Shown here piece after piece: positions 51,501-60,845 of a stretch of DNA of 64,000 nt; within the stretch, counting starts at the first letter, position 1; the number at the start of each line of letters is the position of its first letter. A program made the translations under genes and the position numbers. The DNA is from Spirochaetia bacterium (GTDB lineage: Bacteria > Spirochaetota > Spirochaetia > SZUA-6 > Bin103): positions 192,001 to 256,000 of the forward strand of contig CBDBDQ010000005.1 of the NCBI GenBank assembly GCA_965203905.1, in the 5' to 3' direction. The notes under the pieces are model-generated. The model did not search any database. It was not told the origin of the DNA and worked only from the letters and a program-made list of their open reading frames with translations.

Positions 51501-52828
51501 GTGCCCGACCATCCAAAGCCGCTTACGCCGGCCAGCGGTGGATGCTCGGCGTGCGTCGGCCAATCCGTCGCCTCCGCGGTGACCTGCAACGGCAGCCGCT
51601 CCCAGTCCATCTGCGGACTCGGCTTGCGGAAGTGCAGGTGAGGGGGAATGATCCCCTGTTGCATCGCCAGCACCACCTTCATCACGCCGGCGACGCCGGC
51701 CGCCGACTCCAGGTGGCCGATGTTGGTCTTCACCGAGCCGATCAGCAGCGGCCGGTCGGCCGGACGCCCGCGGCCGTAGGCCGCTCCGGTGGCGTTGGCC
51801 TCGACCGGGTCGCCCACCTCGGTGCCGGTGCCGTGCGCCTCCACGTAGTCCACGTCCGCCGGCGCGATACCGGCGCGCTCCAGCGCCGCTTCGATCACTC
51901 GCTGCTGCGCCGGGCCGCTGGGCACGGTCAGGCCCGGGCTCGCCCCGTCCTGGTTCAGCGCCGAGGCGCGGATTACCGCCCAGATGCGGTCGCCGTCCGC
52001 CTCCGCCTCGGCCAGCCGCTTCAGCACCAGGATGCCGCAGCCCTCACCGCGGACGTAGCCGTTGGCCGCGGCGTCGAACGTCTTGCAGCGCCCGTCCGGC
52101 GCCAGCATGCCGGCGTTGGCGCGCAACTCCAGCAACCGCCCGGACAGAATGACGTGCACGCCGCCGGCCAGCGCCAGGTCGGCCTCGCCGCGCAGCAGGC
52201 CCGACGTCGCCTGATGCAGCGCCACCAGCGACGAGGAGCAGGCGGTATCGACCGCCATGGCCGGTCCCTCCAGACCCAGAGCGAAGGCCACCCGGCCAAT
52301 GGCGGTGTTGTAGGAAGAGCCGCTGACCATGTACAGGCTGGCCGCCGGTTCGGCGGGGTCTGCGCCGTCCAGGATCAGGCCGCGGTAGTCGTTGTTGCTG
52401 ATTCCCGCGTACACGCCGGTGCGGCTGCCGGCCAGCCGTTCCGGATCGATCCCGGCGTCCTCCAGCGCGCGCCAGCTCGTCTCCAGCATCAGGCGTTGTT
52501 GCGGGTCGAGCAGTTGCGCCTCGACCGGCGAAATGCGAAAGAACGCGGCGTCGAACAGGTCAACCTCGTCGAGGTAGGCGCCGAACCGGCATGCCGGACG
52601 CCGCTCCGCGGTGTCCGGGAAAAGCTGGCCGACCCGCCCGACCCCGGAACCCGGTTCGCCCTCGGTGATCAGGTCCGCGCCGGCGGCGAGCCGGCGCCAG
52701 AACTCGGCCGGGCTGTCGGCGCCCGGAAAGCGACACGCCATGCCCACGATCGCGATGCGTTGGTCGCCGCGAACTATCTGTCTCCCCTCAGGTTCAGCGC
52801 GCGTTTTTTTGGAACGAAAGGTCGTCAT
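42578..52828 (-). CDS. supA: Type I PKS KS-AT-DH-cMT-ER-KR-ACP-KS-AT0 (sponge ubiquitous PKS SupA)
   Basis: DTACSSS/HGTGT/NIGH, GHSLG, HRVFGRLLAP, LEVGAGTG, HTGAGGVG, TGGLGGIG, GMDSL, second KS NCASS, second AT GHGLG. Confidence 0.9.
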   Translation of the reverse strand: MTTFRSKKTRAEPEGRQIVRGDQRIAIVGMACRFPGADSPAEFWRRLAAGADLITEGEPGSGVGRVGQLFPDTAERRPACRFGAYLDEVDLFDAAFFRISPVEAQLLDPQQRLMLETSWRALEDAGIDPERLAGSRTGVYAGISNNDYRGLILDGADPAEPAASLYMVSGSSYNTAIGRVAFALGLEGPAMAVDTACSSSLVALHQATSGLLRGEADLALAGGVHVILSGRLLELRANAGMLAPDGRCKTFDAAANGYVRGEGCGILVLKRLAEAEADGDRIWAVIRASALNQDGASPGLTVPSGPAQQRVIEAALERAGIAPADVDYVEAHGTGTEVGDPVEANATGAAYGRGRPADRPLLIGSVKTNIGHLESAAGVAGVMKVVLAMQQGIIPPHLHFRKPSPQMDWERLPLQVTAEATDWPTHAEHPPLAGVSGFGWSGTNAHLVLEGNGARPGVEQAHWAAGPAKRIAVSLPAPVAEVPAPRDGLAARACRFLPLSAKSEAALHDLARGYLGWLDEHGAELDGGGAAADPPLSDLAWTAGVGRGHFSYRAGVVFRDAESLREGLLAVAEPDAGAAPRSAAKAAPKVAFAFTGQASQWAGMGQTLYASEPVVRAVLDRCDALLRAERGASLLDVMFGRPGAAGSLDEPAWKQPAIYALECALAALWASLGIRPDVVVGHSLGEIAAAQTAGVFSLEDGLRFAAARGALIGELPEAGAMAVVFAPARRVAAAVEEHNAAATGMGLCVAVDNGSNQVLSGPAADVAAILERFETEQVRVRLLRHSPAYHSALVEPALDDLEAALERVTFAAPAVPLVSNLSGRLLAPGTVPDAAYWRRHAREKVQFRQAVETLAELGVEALVELGPHAVLGPMAVLAWPAAAPDAAPAVLASLRRPARDTPPAEVEGAFAAAVAGAYEAGLPIRFEGLFAGEERRRISLPGYPFQRARHWVPAPRRRRAGAGHPLLGERHESARGEVAFDTELLPDDPAWLADHRVFGRLLAPGALYGAMAAAAAAAEGGGAAVVEEMQLHSPLLLPEGDAADGAGAAAARRVQVLLDATEEAPRRVQILSRGPDDEGWTLHAEAQVASGTAARTPAAPSHVNLETLKAGMEPVDVPAFYRAKAGVGIELGASFRTLRRVWSGAGEAVAEVEFPEELGRNGLTVHPLLLDGCFQVMAAAWSPAGAVRATYLPFGWQRLWLRGPLPDRLICHLRMSQPPPAPVPEGHSEEPEVLTADLLIYHAGGMLAGELRGYLVKRATRSALLAAVEGVQELLYEVVWRDRALAPSVLPAGFLRQPSSVAADSRLFTDFLAAEGVAARDRAALIADQERVAACYALATLDKLGWQRPAGAVIDADELRQKLRVEAEHARLFRRMLELLARAGVLAEQDDGFVVVTGIEDSLPQDVPPDPERFARGMSERYPHAVHEIALFRRCAGALPDVLRGREDPLGLLFGEVEPNAADLYRKAPVWRAANRMLGDAVSALVADLPEGRRLRVLEVGAGTGSATSCVLPALPAGRFDYTYTDISAGFFAEAEARFADSGAPIAYRVLDIETDPLAQGFDAYGYDLVIAANVLHATRYLNETLNHCRQLLAPSGQLVALENQRARAWMDLVFGQLDGWWRFADRYRPHHALAGPAVWRQALADAGFGEIEILGVDESDADVLPDRGVIVARGPAEVTPPRSAWLVVADRCGVAVELAAQLAAQNQAVVVASGESPTDGAFAADERGVVMRAVDVLRRESWRSLVADLPAGVPLGGVVHFAALDGHGSHATAAEMAQDTRRVAGSALALVQGLADADAATASGVWFVTRGAQVLERERGGELAGATLWGFGKVVSREAPHLQARMIDLDPDAPIAVADLASELLSPGAEDHIAYRAGRRQVARLARAGATAGRLVLPAGSDWVLAPDPGGALENLHPEPRPAPSLEPKEVRVEVEARGLNFQDVLRGIRVIGEGPLGEELCGRIVEVGSEVTAVAVGDRVVGLAFGTFGPQAVTREELVAHAPATLPVAALATMPTAFVTAALAYDLAELRPGERVLVHTGAGGVGLAAIQLAQAARAEVFATASAPKRAFLRSLGASRVCDSRSTAFGKEILEATGGTGVDVVLNSLTGEGFIAASLSCLAHGGRFVELSRRDILSKEEMAVVRPDVAYSILELDVLKQDDPARAGAALQQVMARLAAGELSPLVHSLWPLAEAGAAMGFMRDARHIGKIVLTSPPLASGELRRDRTYLVTGGLGGIGCAVAGWLVERGAGAIVLNGRRAPDAAAEEIIATLRDRGATVQVEMADVTDAAALDAMLARMDRELPPLAGVIHSVGVLADAALGNQSWQRFEQVLWPKVLGAWHLHRATAARDLDLFVLFSSVAGVLGNPGQANHAAANAFLDQLAAHRRALGLPGQTIAWGAWSGLGEAEEQRERIAGRRAASGAGWISVEQGLRAFDRLLRADSTAAAVMAVDWPLFGEMLDGRPPLLEDQLAAIAEAGTDGADASDDLPSRLRSAPEEERTGVAVSFLQREVQSVLRLPSPPAPTVGFFELGMDSLMAVELRNRLGRACAGEYVAPNTVVFDYPDIAALAGHLVDALGEPAAATAPQSEPEPPASPPSSGERTGDGIAIVGMACRFPGAPDLAAFWHQLEAGVDAVTEGRRDGGSWSGVSGDPALEDSFARRGGFVDGIDRFDARFFGIPPIGARTMDPQQRMLLETSWQALDDAGIDPDRLRGTRTGVIAGIAPSEYRDLMRAGSADVNYLGTAGSMAVGRVAFQLGLEGPTMPVVLNCASSLVAVHQAVTALRQGEVDLALVGGVNAVLSAGLTREMAELRMLSPDGRCKTFDAAAAGFVRSEGCGMVVLKRLDDAEADGDRIWGVVRGTAVNQNGASAGPTVPNGPAQERVIEAALTCAGVAPSEVDYLEAHGAGSELGDTIEVQAAAAVYGRGRAADQPLLIGSVKTNLGHLESAAGMAGLIKTVLAMQRGVIPRHLHFHDPNPNLDWDRLPVRVTGRPTDWPANGGRTRRAGVSAFGVSGTNAHVVVEAYQAASGTEEWRWPVGAAHQVAAQQEGLKPHAVRLLPLSAKSDDALRELVGRYLTWLDERSGELQGGAGDGLLADMAWTAGVGRSHFAHRAAVVFRDAESLRQRLLALAEAPEFAEPRTATKMAFAYTGQAGHWLEIGAKLYANEPVVRAVLDRCDDTLRPVRGASLLEAMCERHGATRHLDGEAWTRSAIYALQCALTALWSSVGIRPSAVIGHGLGALAAAQATGMLDLEEGLRLAAAERGTGEPTSVALTGGTPPLVDCSTGRIVEPGATVDVAEWRSPAPRPAIATCLRTLADLGIEAIVETAPRALPDALADGCGIPVVRASSAESPGDAAPDAGDATFAEAVAAAYVAGLSVSFAGLFAGESRRRISLPSYPFQRRRHWIDTR

Positions 52829-53071
52829 TGCTGCTCCATGAATTGGTCCTGTAACCCCGATAAATAACCGAATTCACCTTGTACACGTGGACGGCATAGT
52901 CCGCCCGATTGCCCCTGTCGTCAAGCACATCCAGCGCTGCTCACAGCACTCAACCGACTCGGCGCCGCGCCATTCGCAGGCGTTACTCGGCACCTGTTTC
53001 ACGGCCACCGTCATGCCACTCGCAGTGCACCCAGCGCTGGAGTTCACCACCGTACGGTAGTCCGCTGCCGA

Positions 53072-54487
53072 TCAGCGCGCGGTAGCCGCCTGCAGCCACT
53101 CTTCGGCGATGCGGCGATGGCACGCCAGCAGCTCGCCGGTCGCGGCCGCGGTGAGCCTTCCGTCGCTCACCAGGGAGCGGCCCGCGACGACGGTGTGTCG
53201 CGGGACCACCGGGCCGCAGCGCAGCAGCGCCTCGACCGGGTCGGACAAGGCTCCCGCGAACGCGATGCCCGCGACATCCGCGGCGCCGGCCAGCGGCCAG
53301 ACCACCAGGTCGCCCGCGCGCCCCGGCGCCAGGCAGCCGATGTCGTCCCGGCCCAGGCACGCGGCGCCGCCCAGGGTCGCCAGCTCCAGCGCCTCGCGCG
53401 CCTGCATCGCCCGTGCCCCGCCGCGCAGCCGGGCCAGCAGCAGCGCGCCGCGGGTCTCCAGCCAGAGGGACGCGCAGTCGGCCGATGCCGAGCCGTCGCA
53501 GCCGATGCCCACCGGCACGCCCGCGTCGCGCAACTCGCGCACGGGGGCCAGGCCGGCACCCAGGATCTGGTTCGAGCTCGGGCAATGCGCCACCCCCGTG
53601 CCCCAGCGTCCCAGCCGCTCGATCTCCGCCTGATTCGGATGCACACAGTGCGCGACCCAGGCCCGGTCCGACCCCCAGCCGACCCGCTCGAAGTGCTCGA
53701 CCGGACGGCAGCCGAAGGCCTCCCGGCAGTAGGCGTTCTCGCCCAGGTCCTCGGCCAGGTGGGTGTGTAGCCGCACGTCCAGGCGCTCGGCCAGCTCAGC
53801 GGTGCGGGCCATCAGCTCCGGGGTGACCGAGAACGGCGAGCAGGGAGCCAGGGCGATGCGCACCATGGCGCCCGGCGCCGGGTCGTGGTGCATTGCAACC
53901 AGCCGTTCGCTGTCGGCCAGGATCTCGTCGTCCTCCTGCACCACCTCATCCGGCGGCAGGCCACCGTCCTTGACCGACAGGCTCATCGACCCGCGGGTAG
54001 GGTGGAAGCGGAAGCCGAGCTCGCGCGCCGCCGCGATCTCGGCGCTGATCAGGTCGCCGGCGCCACGCGGATGGAGGTACAGGTGATCGGTGCTGGTGGT
54101 GCAACCGCCCAGCGCCAGCTCGCACAGCCCGATCCAGGCCGACACGTAGGCAGCCTCCTCGTCCAGGCGGCTCCACACCGGATACAGGGTGCGCAGCCAC
54201 TCGAACAGGTCCCCTTGCAGCGCCGGCGCGAAGGCCCGGGTCAGGTTCTGGTACAGGTGGTGGTGGGTGTTGATGAGGCCCGGCGTCACCAGACAGCCGG
54301 AGGCGTCGATCACCCGCTCGGCCGCCGGTTCCCGCCCCGGTTGCCCCAGCGCACTGATCATGCCGTCGTCGATTGCGACCCAGCCGCCTGGAATCTCCCG
54401 CCGCTCGGCATCCATCGTTACGAGCAGTTGGGCACCGCGCACGCACAACTCTACGGGTGCTGTGCGCTTCCTCTCATCCACGGGCAT
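53072..54487 (-). CDS. 8-oxoguanine deaminase / AtzB-like amidohydrolase
   Basis: NTHHHLYQ, LFEWLRTLYP, RGSMSL, LAPCSPFSVT, HTHLAE, HCPSSN and DGSAS motifs. Confidence 0.85.
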   Translation of the reverse strand: MPVDERKRTAPVELCVRGAQLLVTMDAERREIPGGWVAIDDGMISALGQPGREPAAERVIDASGCLVTPGLINTHHHLYQNLTRAFAPALQGDLFEWLRTLYPVWSRLDEEAAYVSAWIGLCELALGGCTTSTDHLYLHPRGAGDLISAEIAAARELGFRFHPTRGSMSLSVKDGGLPPDEVVQEDDEILADSERLVAMHHDPAPGAMVRIALAPCSPFSVTPELMARTAELAERLDVRLHTHLAEDLGENAYCREAFGCRPVEHFERVGWGSDRAWVAHCVHPNQAEIERLGRWGTGVAHCPSSNQILGAGLAPVRELRDAGVPVGIGCDGSASADCASLWLETRGALLLARLRGGARAMQAREALELATLGGAACLGRDDIGCLAPGRAGDLVVWPLAGAADVAGIAFAGALSDPVEALLRCGPVVPRHTVVAGRSLVSDGRLTAAATGELLACHRRIAEEWLQAATAR

Positions 54488-54506
54488 CGATACGGTTCAC
54501 GTACCC

Positions 54507-54959
54507 TCAATTGCTGCTCGGCGAAGCAAGTCGCGCGCATGCTGACCTCGTTAACAGCCGAGCATTGGCCGCGCGCGAGTATACCCTACCCCGAGGTTGG
54601 ATGATGCGCCGGTCCTTGAAGTCGTCGATCAGGGCGCCATCTCCGGTGTAGAGAAGCCGTACTCCCGTCGCCCTTGCCAACGCGAGCACGTGCGGGTCGT
54701 CAGAACGAATGTGAGGCGCAAGAGCACCTGCGTCTCGTTCGAAATGCTGGGGCGACACGTACACGGCCTTGCCTGCCCTCGAATAGTCCAAGAGCCTGGC
54801 TCTGGTCCTACCGACAACTTCGTCGGCGAACTTGCCTCCGGTCGAATAGACGATGCGTCCACCCTGCTCATCGAGCCATCTTCGCACCGGCGCGGCATCC
54901 GCGTGCACTGGATCGGCAAGGAACAGTCGCAACCGGTTTGCGTCTATGATCATGCACAT
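54507..54959 (-). CDS. PIN-domain protein (cassette 3 partner)
   Basis: IIDAN first strand, SDDPHVLALA and LLYTGD..L..DFK acidic PIN residues. Confidence 0.7.
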   Translation of the reverse strand: MCMIIDANRLRLFLADPVHADAAPVRRWLDEQGGRIVYSTGGKFADEVVGRTRARLLDYSRAGKAVYVSPQHFERDAGALAPHIRSDDPHVLALARATGVRLLYTGDGALIDDFKDRRIIQPRGRVYSRAANARLLTRSACARLASPSSN

Positions 54960-54975
54960 GGAACTCGGTTCAAGC

Positions 54976-56274
54976 TCACTCGAATCCCAGTAACTGATCC
55001 GTTTCCTTCAAGAAAAAGTCTCGATATCCAGCGGGCGTGTGGTGCAGGTTACCGTCGCCATCTAGGCTGATGTTGTGAATCACAACCGAAGTTCTGTTCG
55101 GCTCAAAGTACAGAATCGAAACATCGTCCGGCCTCAACACTCCCTTCCTCATTAGGATCCGTATCCGATCGACTATGTAGTCGCTATGGGTTTCGATCAG
55201 AAACCGGTTTTTGTTCTTTCTCCATGACTCGGCAAATAGCCCGGCAAGACTAGCCTGTGCACGTGGGTGCAGGTGCACCTCCGGCTGCTGCAGGAGAAAC
55301 GTGCGCCGGCTTGCTCTTCGGACGTCCACCAGGATCGGCAAGCTCTGACTAACACCGTAACCAACATCCATGATATTTGCGTAGGACCCAGATCGTACCT
55401 TCACCTGCAACTGAAACGGATCGCTCATTTGCCTGCCATGGCTGCGCACCTTGATGTCGGAAAACAGTCCCGAATCCTGGCCAAACTCCAGCAAGTCATC
55501 GTGCAGCGAACTCCAGTCATCCTTTTCGGTCCGATCCAGCCGCATCATCAACATCGGGATGTGCTCGCCATCCGGCGCGGCGGCCTCACGCACTGGGTCA
55601 TAGGTACGCTTGGGCTTCGACCGAAGCGGTGCAATCGGCACGACCTGTGAAATATCTGGAAGCCATAGTCGCCATCCTACCGGGCTCTCGCGCCCGCGAA
55701 GCAGCCCTGAGAGAGACTCGACGACAGCTCGAACATCCTCCGACTCGAGCAAGTGTCCGTTTGGCCGCAGCAAGTGATCCAAGAGGTAAACCCAGTTGTC
55801 AATGGCATAGTCTATCGATGCTTTTCTTTCGGGAATCTCTAGAATCGTACCTCCGGAACTGCTGCGCCGAATGCTGAGAAACACGTGCTCCTTGAACTGG
55901 ATGTGAATCGACGTTACTACCGGCTGCGATCCTGCTTCAGAAAACGTCACGAGAAGAGGATAGGATCTCAGCCCGGAACTGGGCCTAGGCATGATAGAAA
56001 ATCCGAGTTTGAACTGTTCGATCCGTCCAGTTCGGCCGCGCCCGGACCGCACTATCTCACGGAACGATCCCATCGCAAACGGCTCTTGATTGAAGTCCAC
56101 CGGGTCGCCGGACACAGCGGAGCGCGAAATCAACCGATGGAGAACGCGGTAGCACCCAAGGAACGTAGTTTTGCCTGTGCTATTCTCTCCAACGAGCAAC
56201 GTGATTGGGCCCAGTTTCGCCCTCTGCTCGCCCTGAAAGCATCGCACATCATGCAGTACGAATTCCTTGATCAT
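54976..56274 (-). CDS. ABC-type ATPase with DUF3696-like C-terminus (cassette 3)
   Basis: GENSTGKT, DVGYGVSQSLP, LLQQPEVHLHP, IETHSDY and P.GYRDFF motifs; lower GC. Confidence 0.85.
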   Translation of the reverse strand: MIKEFVLHDVRCFQGEQRAKLGPITLLVGENSTGKTTFLGCYRVLHRLISRSAVSGDPVDFNQEPFAMGSFREIVRSGRGRTGRIEQFKLGFSIMPRPSSGLRSYPLLVTFSEAGSQPVVTSIHIQFKEHVFLSIRRSSSGGTILEIPERKASIDYAIDNWVYLLDHLLRPNGHLLESEDVRAVVESLSGLLRGRESPVGWRLWLPDISQVVPIAPLRSKPKRTYDPVREAAAPDGEHIPMLMMRLDRTEKDDWSSLHDDLLEFGQDSGLFSDIKVRSHGRQMSDPFQLQVKVRSGSYANIMDVGYGVSQSLPILVDVRRASRRTFLLQQPEVHLHPRAQASLAGLFAESWRKNKNRFLIETHSDYIVDRIRILMRKGVLRPDDVSILYFEPNRTSVVIHNISLDGDGNLHHTPAGYRDFFLKETDQLLGFE

Positions 56275-56348
56275 GAGCCACTCTTCGAACTTACAAGAGT
56301 CTCATATTGGTGTGATTTCGGTCACAGCCCGCGCACAGTACTGTGCCG

Positions 56349-58025
56349 TCAGTGGGTGGTGGCGCCGTAGCTGGCGGAGGAGACCAGGCGCGCGTACTTG
56401 GCCAGCGCGCCGCGGGTGTAGGGGATGGGACGCTCCGGGAGGGCGGCGATCCGCTGCCGGATCTCCTCGTCGGACAGCTCCAGCTGGATCGACTTGTGCT
56501 CCAGGTCGAGGGCGATGATGTCGCCCTCCCGAACTGCCGCGATCGGGCCGCGGGCCTGCGCCTCGGGGGCGATGTGGCCGACCACGATGCCGTGGCTGCC
56601 ACCGGAGAAGCGGCCGTCGGTGATCAGCGCCACGTCCGCGATCAGGCCGGCGCCGGCGATTGCCGAGGTGAGCGCCAGCATCTCGCGCATGCCGGGACCG
56701 CCGCGCGGGCCCTCGTAGCGGATCACCAGCACGTCGCCCTTGTTCACCTGGCCCTTGAGAATCGCCTGCAGCGCGCCCTCCTCGGCGTCGAACACCCGCG
56801 CCGGGCCGCGGTGGCGGCGCACCGTCACCCCGGACGACTTCAGCACCGCGCCCTCCGGCGCCAGGTTGCCCTTGATCACCAGGATGCCGCCGCTTTCCTT
56901 GTGCGGCTTGTCCACCGGGTACACCACGTCCTGCCCGTCGAGGTGCACTGCGACGTCGGCCAGGTTGTCGGCGATGGTGCGCCCGGTGACGGTGATGCAA
57001 TCGCCGTGCAGCAGGCCGGCGTCGAGCAGCATGCGCATCACCATCGGCACCCCGCCCACCTGGTCCAGGTCCTTCATCACGTAGCGCCCGGCGGGCTTGA
57101 GGTCGGCCAGGGTCGGGGTGGTCTCGGCGATCGGGTTGAAGTCGTCGATGGTCAGGTCCACCTCCGCCTCGTGGGCGATGGCCAGCAGGTGCAGCACGGC
57201 ATTGGTGGAGCCGCCGAGCGCCATCACGATGCGGATCGCGTTCAGGAACGCCTCGCGGGTCATGATGTCGCGCGGCTTCAGGCCGCGGCGCAGACACTCG
57301 ATCACCGCCGTGCCGGCGGCGCGCAGGTCCTGTTCCTTGCGCGGATCCACCGCCGGGATCGAGGAGTTCCCCGGCAGCGCCATGCCCATGGCTTCCACCG
57401 CGGAGGCCATGGTGTTGGCGGTGTACATGCCGCCGCACGCCCCCTGGCACGGGATCGCGGCGCGCTCGATGCCGGCGCGTTCTTCCTCGTCGATCCGGCC
57501 GGCGCTGAAGGCACCCACCGCCTCGAAGGCAGAGATGATGTCCACGTCGCGGCCCCGGAACACGCCCGGCAGGATGGTGCCGCCGTACACGAACACGCTG
57601 GGGAGGTTCATGCGCGCCATCGGCATCACGGTGCCGGGGATGGTCTTGTCGCAGCCGCCGATGCCGATGATGGCGTCGAACTGGTGGCCGATGGTGACCA
57701 GCTCGATGGTGTCGGCGATGGCGTCGCGGCTCACCAGCGAGGCCTTCATGCCCTCGTGGCCCATCGCCTCGCCGTCGGTCACCACGAAGGTGTTGTAGCG
57801 CAGCGGGAAGCCGCCCGCCCGGCGCACGCCGTCCTTGGCCTGCTCGGCGAGGTCGTCCAGGTGCATGTTGCACGGCGTCACCTCGGAGCCGGCGCTGGCG
57901 ATGCCCACCAGGGCGCGCTCGAAGTCGGCGTCGTCCATGCCAACGGCGCGCAGCATGGAGCGGTTGGGCATGCGCTCGATGCCGGCGGTCATGTTGCGGC
58001 TGCGACTGTTCAGTGGTGTGCTCAC
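56349..58025 (-). CDS. ilvD: Dihydroxy-acid dehydratase
   Basis: [44 protein letters not shown] and TDGRFSG motifs; GTG start after AGGAG. Confidence 0.95.
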   Translation of the reverse strand: MSTPLNSRSRNMTAGIERMPNRSMLRAVGMDDADFERALVGIASAGSEVTPCNMHLDDLAEQAKDGVRRAGGFPLRYNTFVVTDGEAMGHEGMKASLVSRDAIADTIELVTIGHQFDAIIGIGGCDKTIPGTVMPMARMNLPSVFVYGGTILPGVFRGRDVDIISAFEAVGAFSAGRIDEEERAGIERAAIPCQGACGGMYTANTMASAVEAMGMALPGNSSIPAVDPRKEQDLRAAGTAVIECLRRGLKPRDIMTREAFLNAIRIVMALGGSTNAVLHLLAIAHEAEVDLTIDDFNPIAETTPTLADLKPAGRYVMKDLDQVGGVPMVMRMLLDAGLLHGDCITVTGRTIADNLADVAVHLDGQDVVYPVDKPHKESGGILVIKGNLAPEGAVLKSSGVTVRRHRGPARVFDAEEGALQAILKGQVNKGDVLVIRYEGPRGGPGMREMLALTSAIAGAGLIADVALITDGRFSGGSHGIVVGHIAPEAQARGPIAAVREGDIIALDLEHKSIQLELSDEEIRQRIAALPERPIPYTRGALAKYARLVSSASYGATTH

Positions 58026-58678
58026 GTGGTGCTCCTGGAGTCTTTGCATTGACGGGACGTGACCCATCGCACCGGTCCGCTCCGGCGGCGCCCGCGAACG
58101 CCGCCGACGTGCGGTTGCGCGGCTGAAGGACCGCCGCCGCGCCCGGCGCACGCAACGGTAGTAACACCGCGAACCGCTGTCAACGCGCGCGACCTCAGCG
58201 CACGAGTGCGCGCCTGACACGGATCATGTCGTCGACGGCACCGCAGCGCAGAGCCAAGTCCCCTGATTCTCGACCTACATGCCAAATCCTTTGCACAAAC
58301 TCGCAAACTATTGTAACGCATCGATTTACGTTCCCAAGAGTGGTATAGACGTAAGATGGCACTCCATCGATCCAGTCGCGAAATGGCGAATTTCTTGTGG
58401 GTTTTCGACTGATACGCCAGTTCGTGAATTTGACGGATTGGTCCTTGTCTCATTGCCCTACGATGCTGACTATTCTCGTCAATTAATTGTAGAGACACGA
58501 TTTAATAGCGCCGGCTCTACATTGTGCGTAGGAGACCGGACCATCGCGAAATGGCGAACCTCGGAACGTTCCGCCGATTCGCGGCCTGGCGAGAGAGAAT
58601 TCGGTGCTCAGGCGAGCATTCGGGAAGTCGTGCGGGTCGTGCGTCGGGCCGTGGATCGGTTATTCTTGCCTCAGCCTC

Positions 58679-59592
<914 letters not shown>

Positions 59593-59596
<4 letters not shown>

Positions 59597-60819
59597 GCAA
59601 GCTCTGGCTGGTGGCGCGCAAGGAGCTGACGATGACCGCCGGCACCAAGTCCTATGTGATCACAACGGTGGCCGCGCCCTTCCTCATGGCCGCCTTCATC
59701 GCCGTGCTGGTACTGCTGGGAGAGAACGTGTCCGACAACCGCACGGCGGTGGAGGGCCGCTCCCTGGCGTTCGTCGCGGCCGGGCCACTGCTGCCGGCGA
59801 TCAGGGAGGAACTCGCGGCGCCCGGAGTCGCCGTCGAGGAGGCTTCCGCTGAAGCGGGTCTGGCCGACCGCGTGCGCGCCGGCGAGTTGGACGGATTCGT
59901 CGTGTTTCCCGACCAGCGCCTGGGGCCGGAAGGGCCGCGCTTCGTCACCGACGACATCGCCAACCTTGCGCTGCGCGAGGCGGTCTCCGCGGCGATCGGG
60001 CGCACGGTCGTGCGGCAGCGACTGGCCAACGAGGGGCTCAACGCCGAGCGCATCGGCACGCTGACGCAGCGCCCGCGACTGCAGGTCCGCGCCCTGGCCG
60101 ACGAAGGAGAAGTCGAGCAGGACTGGACCGGAGTGGTCTTCACCGTGATCGCCTTCGTGGTCCTGCTCTACATGACGATCCTGCTCTACGGCCAGGCACT
60201 CGGGCGCGCGATCCTGACCGAGAAGACCGGTAAGACCGTCGAGATCATGCTGTCCTCGCTGCCGCCAACCGCGTTGCTGGCCGGCAAGCTGCTCGGCAAG
60301 GGATTGGCGGGATTGATCCAGGTGTGCGTCTGGGTCCTGATCGGTATCGTGGTGATCGAACTTCTCGGCCCGCGGCTGCACCTTCCGGTGCCACCGCTGG
60401 TACGGGTGGAAACCCTGGCCGCCCTGGTCGGCTTCTTCGTGCTCGGCTTCCTGCTGTACTCCACCGCGTTCGCGATGGCCGGTGCCATAGCCGCCGACGA
60501 GCAGAACTTTTCGCAGCTCCTGTGGCCGGTGATCGTGATCCTGATGCTGCCGATGATACTCATGTCGGGGTTGCTGACCGCCGCCGACGGCCCGCTGGCG
60601 GTGGCGCTGTCGCTGTTCCCGGCGACCGCGCCAGTGGTGATGTTCATGCGCGTGATCCTTGGCGAACCCGGCCCCCTGCAGGTGGTGGTGTCGGTAGCGG
60701 GCATGGTCCTGGTCACCGTCATCGCGGTGTGGGCCGCGGCCAAGGTGTTCCGCCTCGGCATCCTGCTCACCGGCAGCAAGGGCTCCCTCGGCGAGATCGT
60801 CCGCCTCCTGCGCGCCTGA
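59593..60819 (+). CDS. ABC-2 exporter permease (NatB/YhaP-like)
   Basis: TEKTGKTVEIMLSS, LAGKLLG and P..APVVM..R motifs; ATGA overlap. Confidence 0.88.
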
Positions 60820-60845
60820 TCCCCGGAAGCGCAACTCGACGTTGC

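Noticed and set aside
43200-52600. Long similar segments within supA
   Set aside because: Explained by the two homologous KS-AT didomains, not a repeat element
43439-52867. Very long + strand ORFs (1122 aa, 1254 aa) opposite supA
   Set aside because: Antisense shadow frames typical of high-GC coding DNA; no domain motifs
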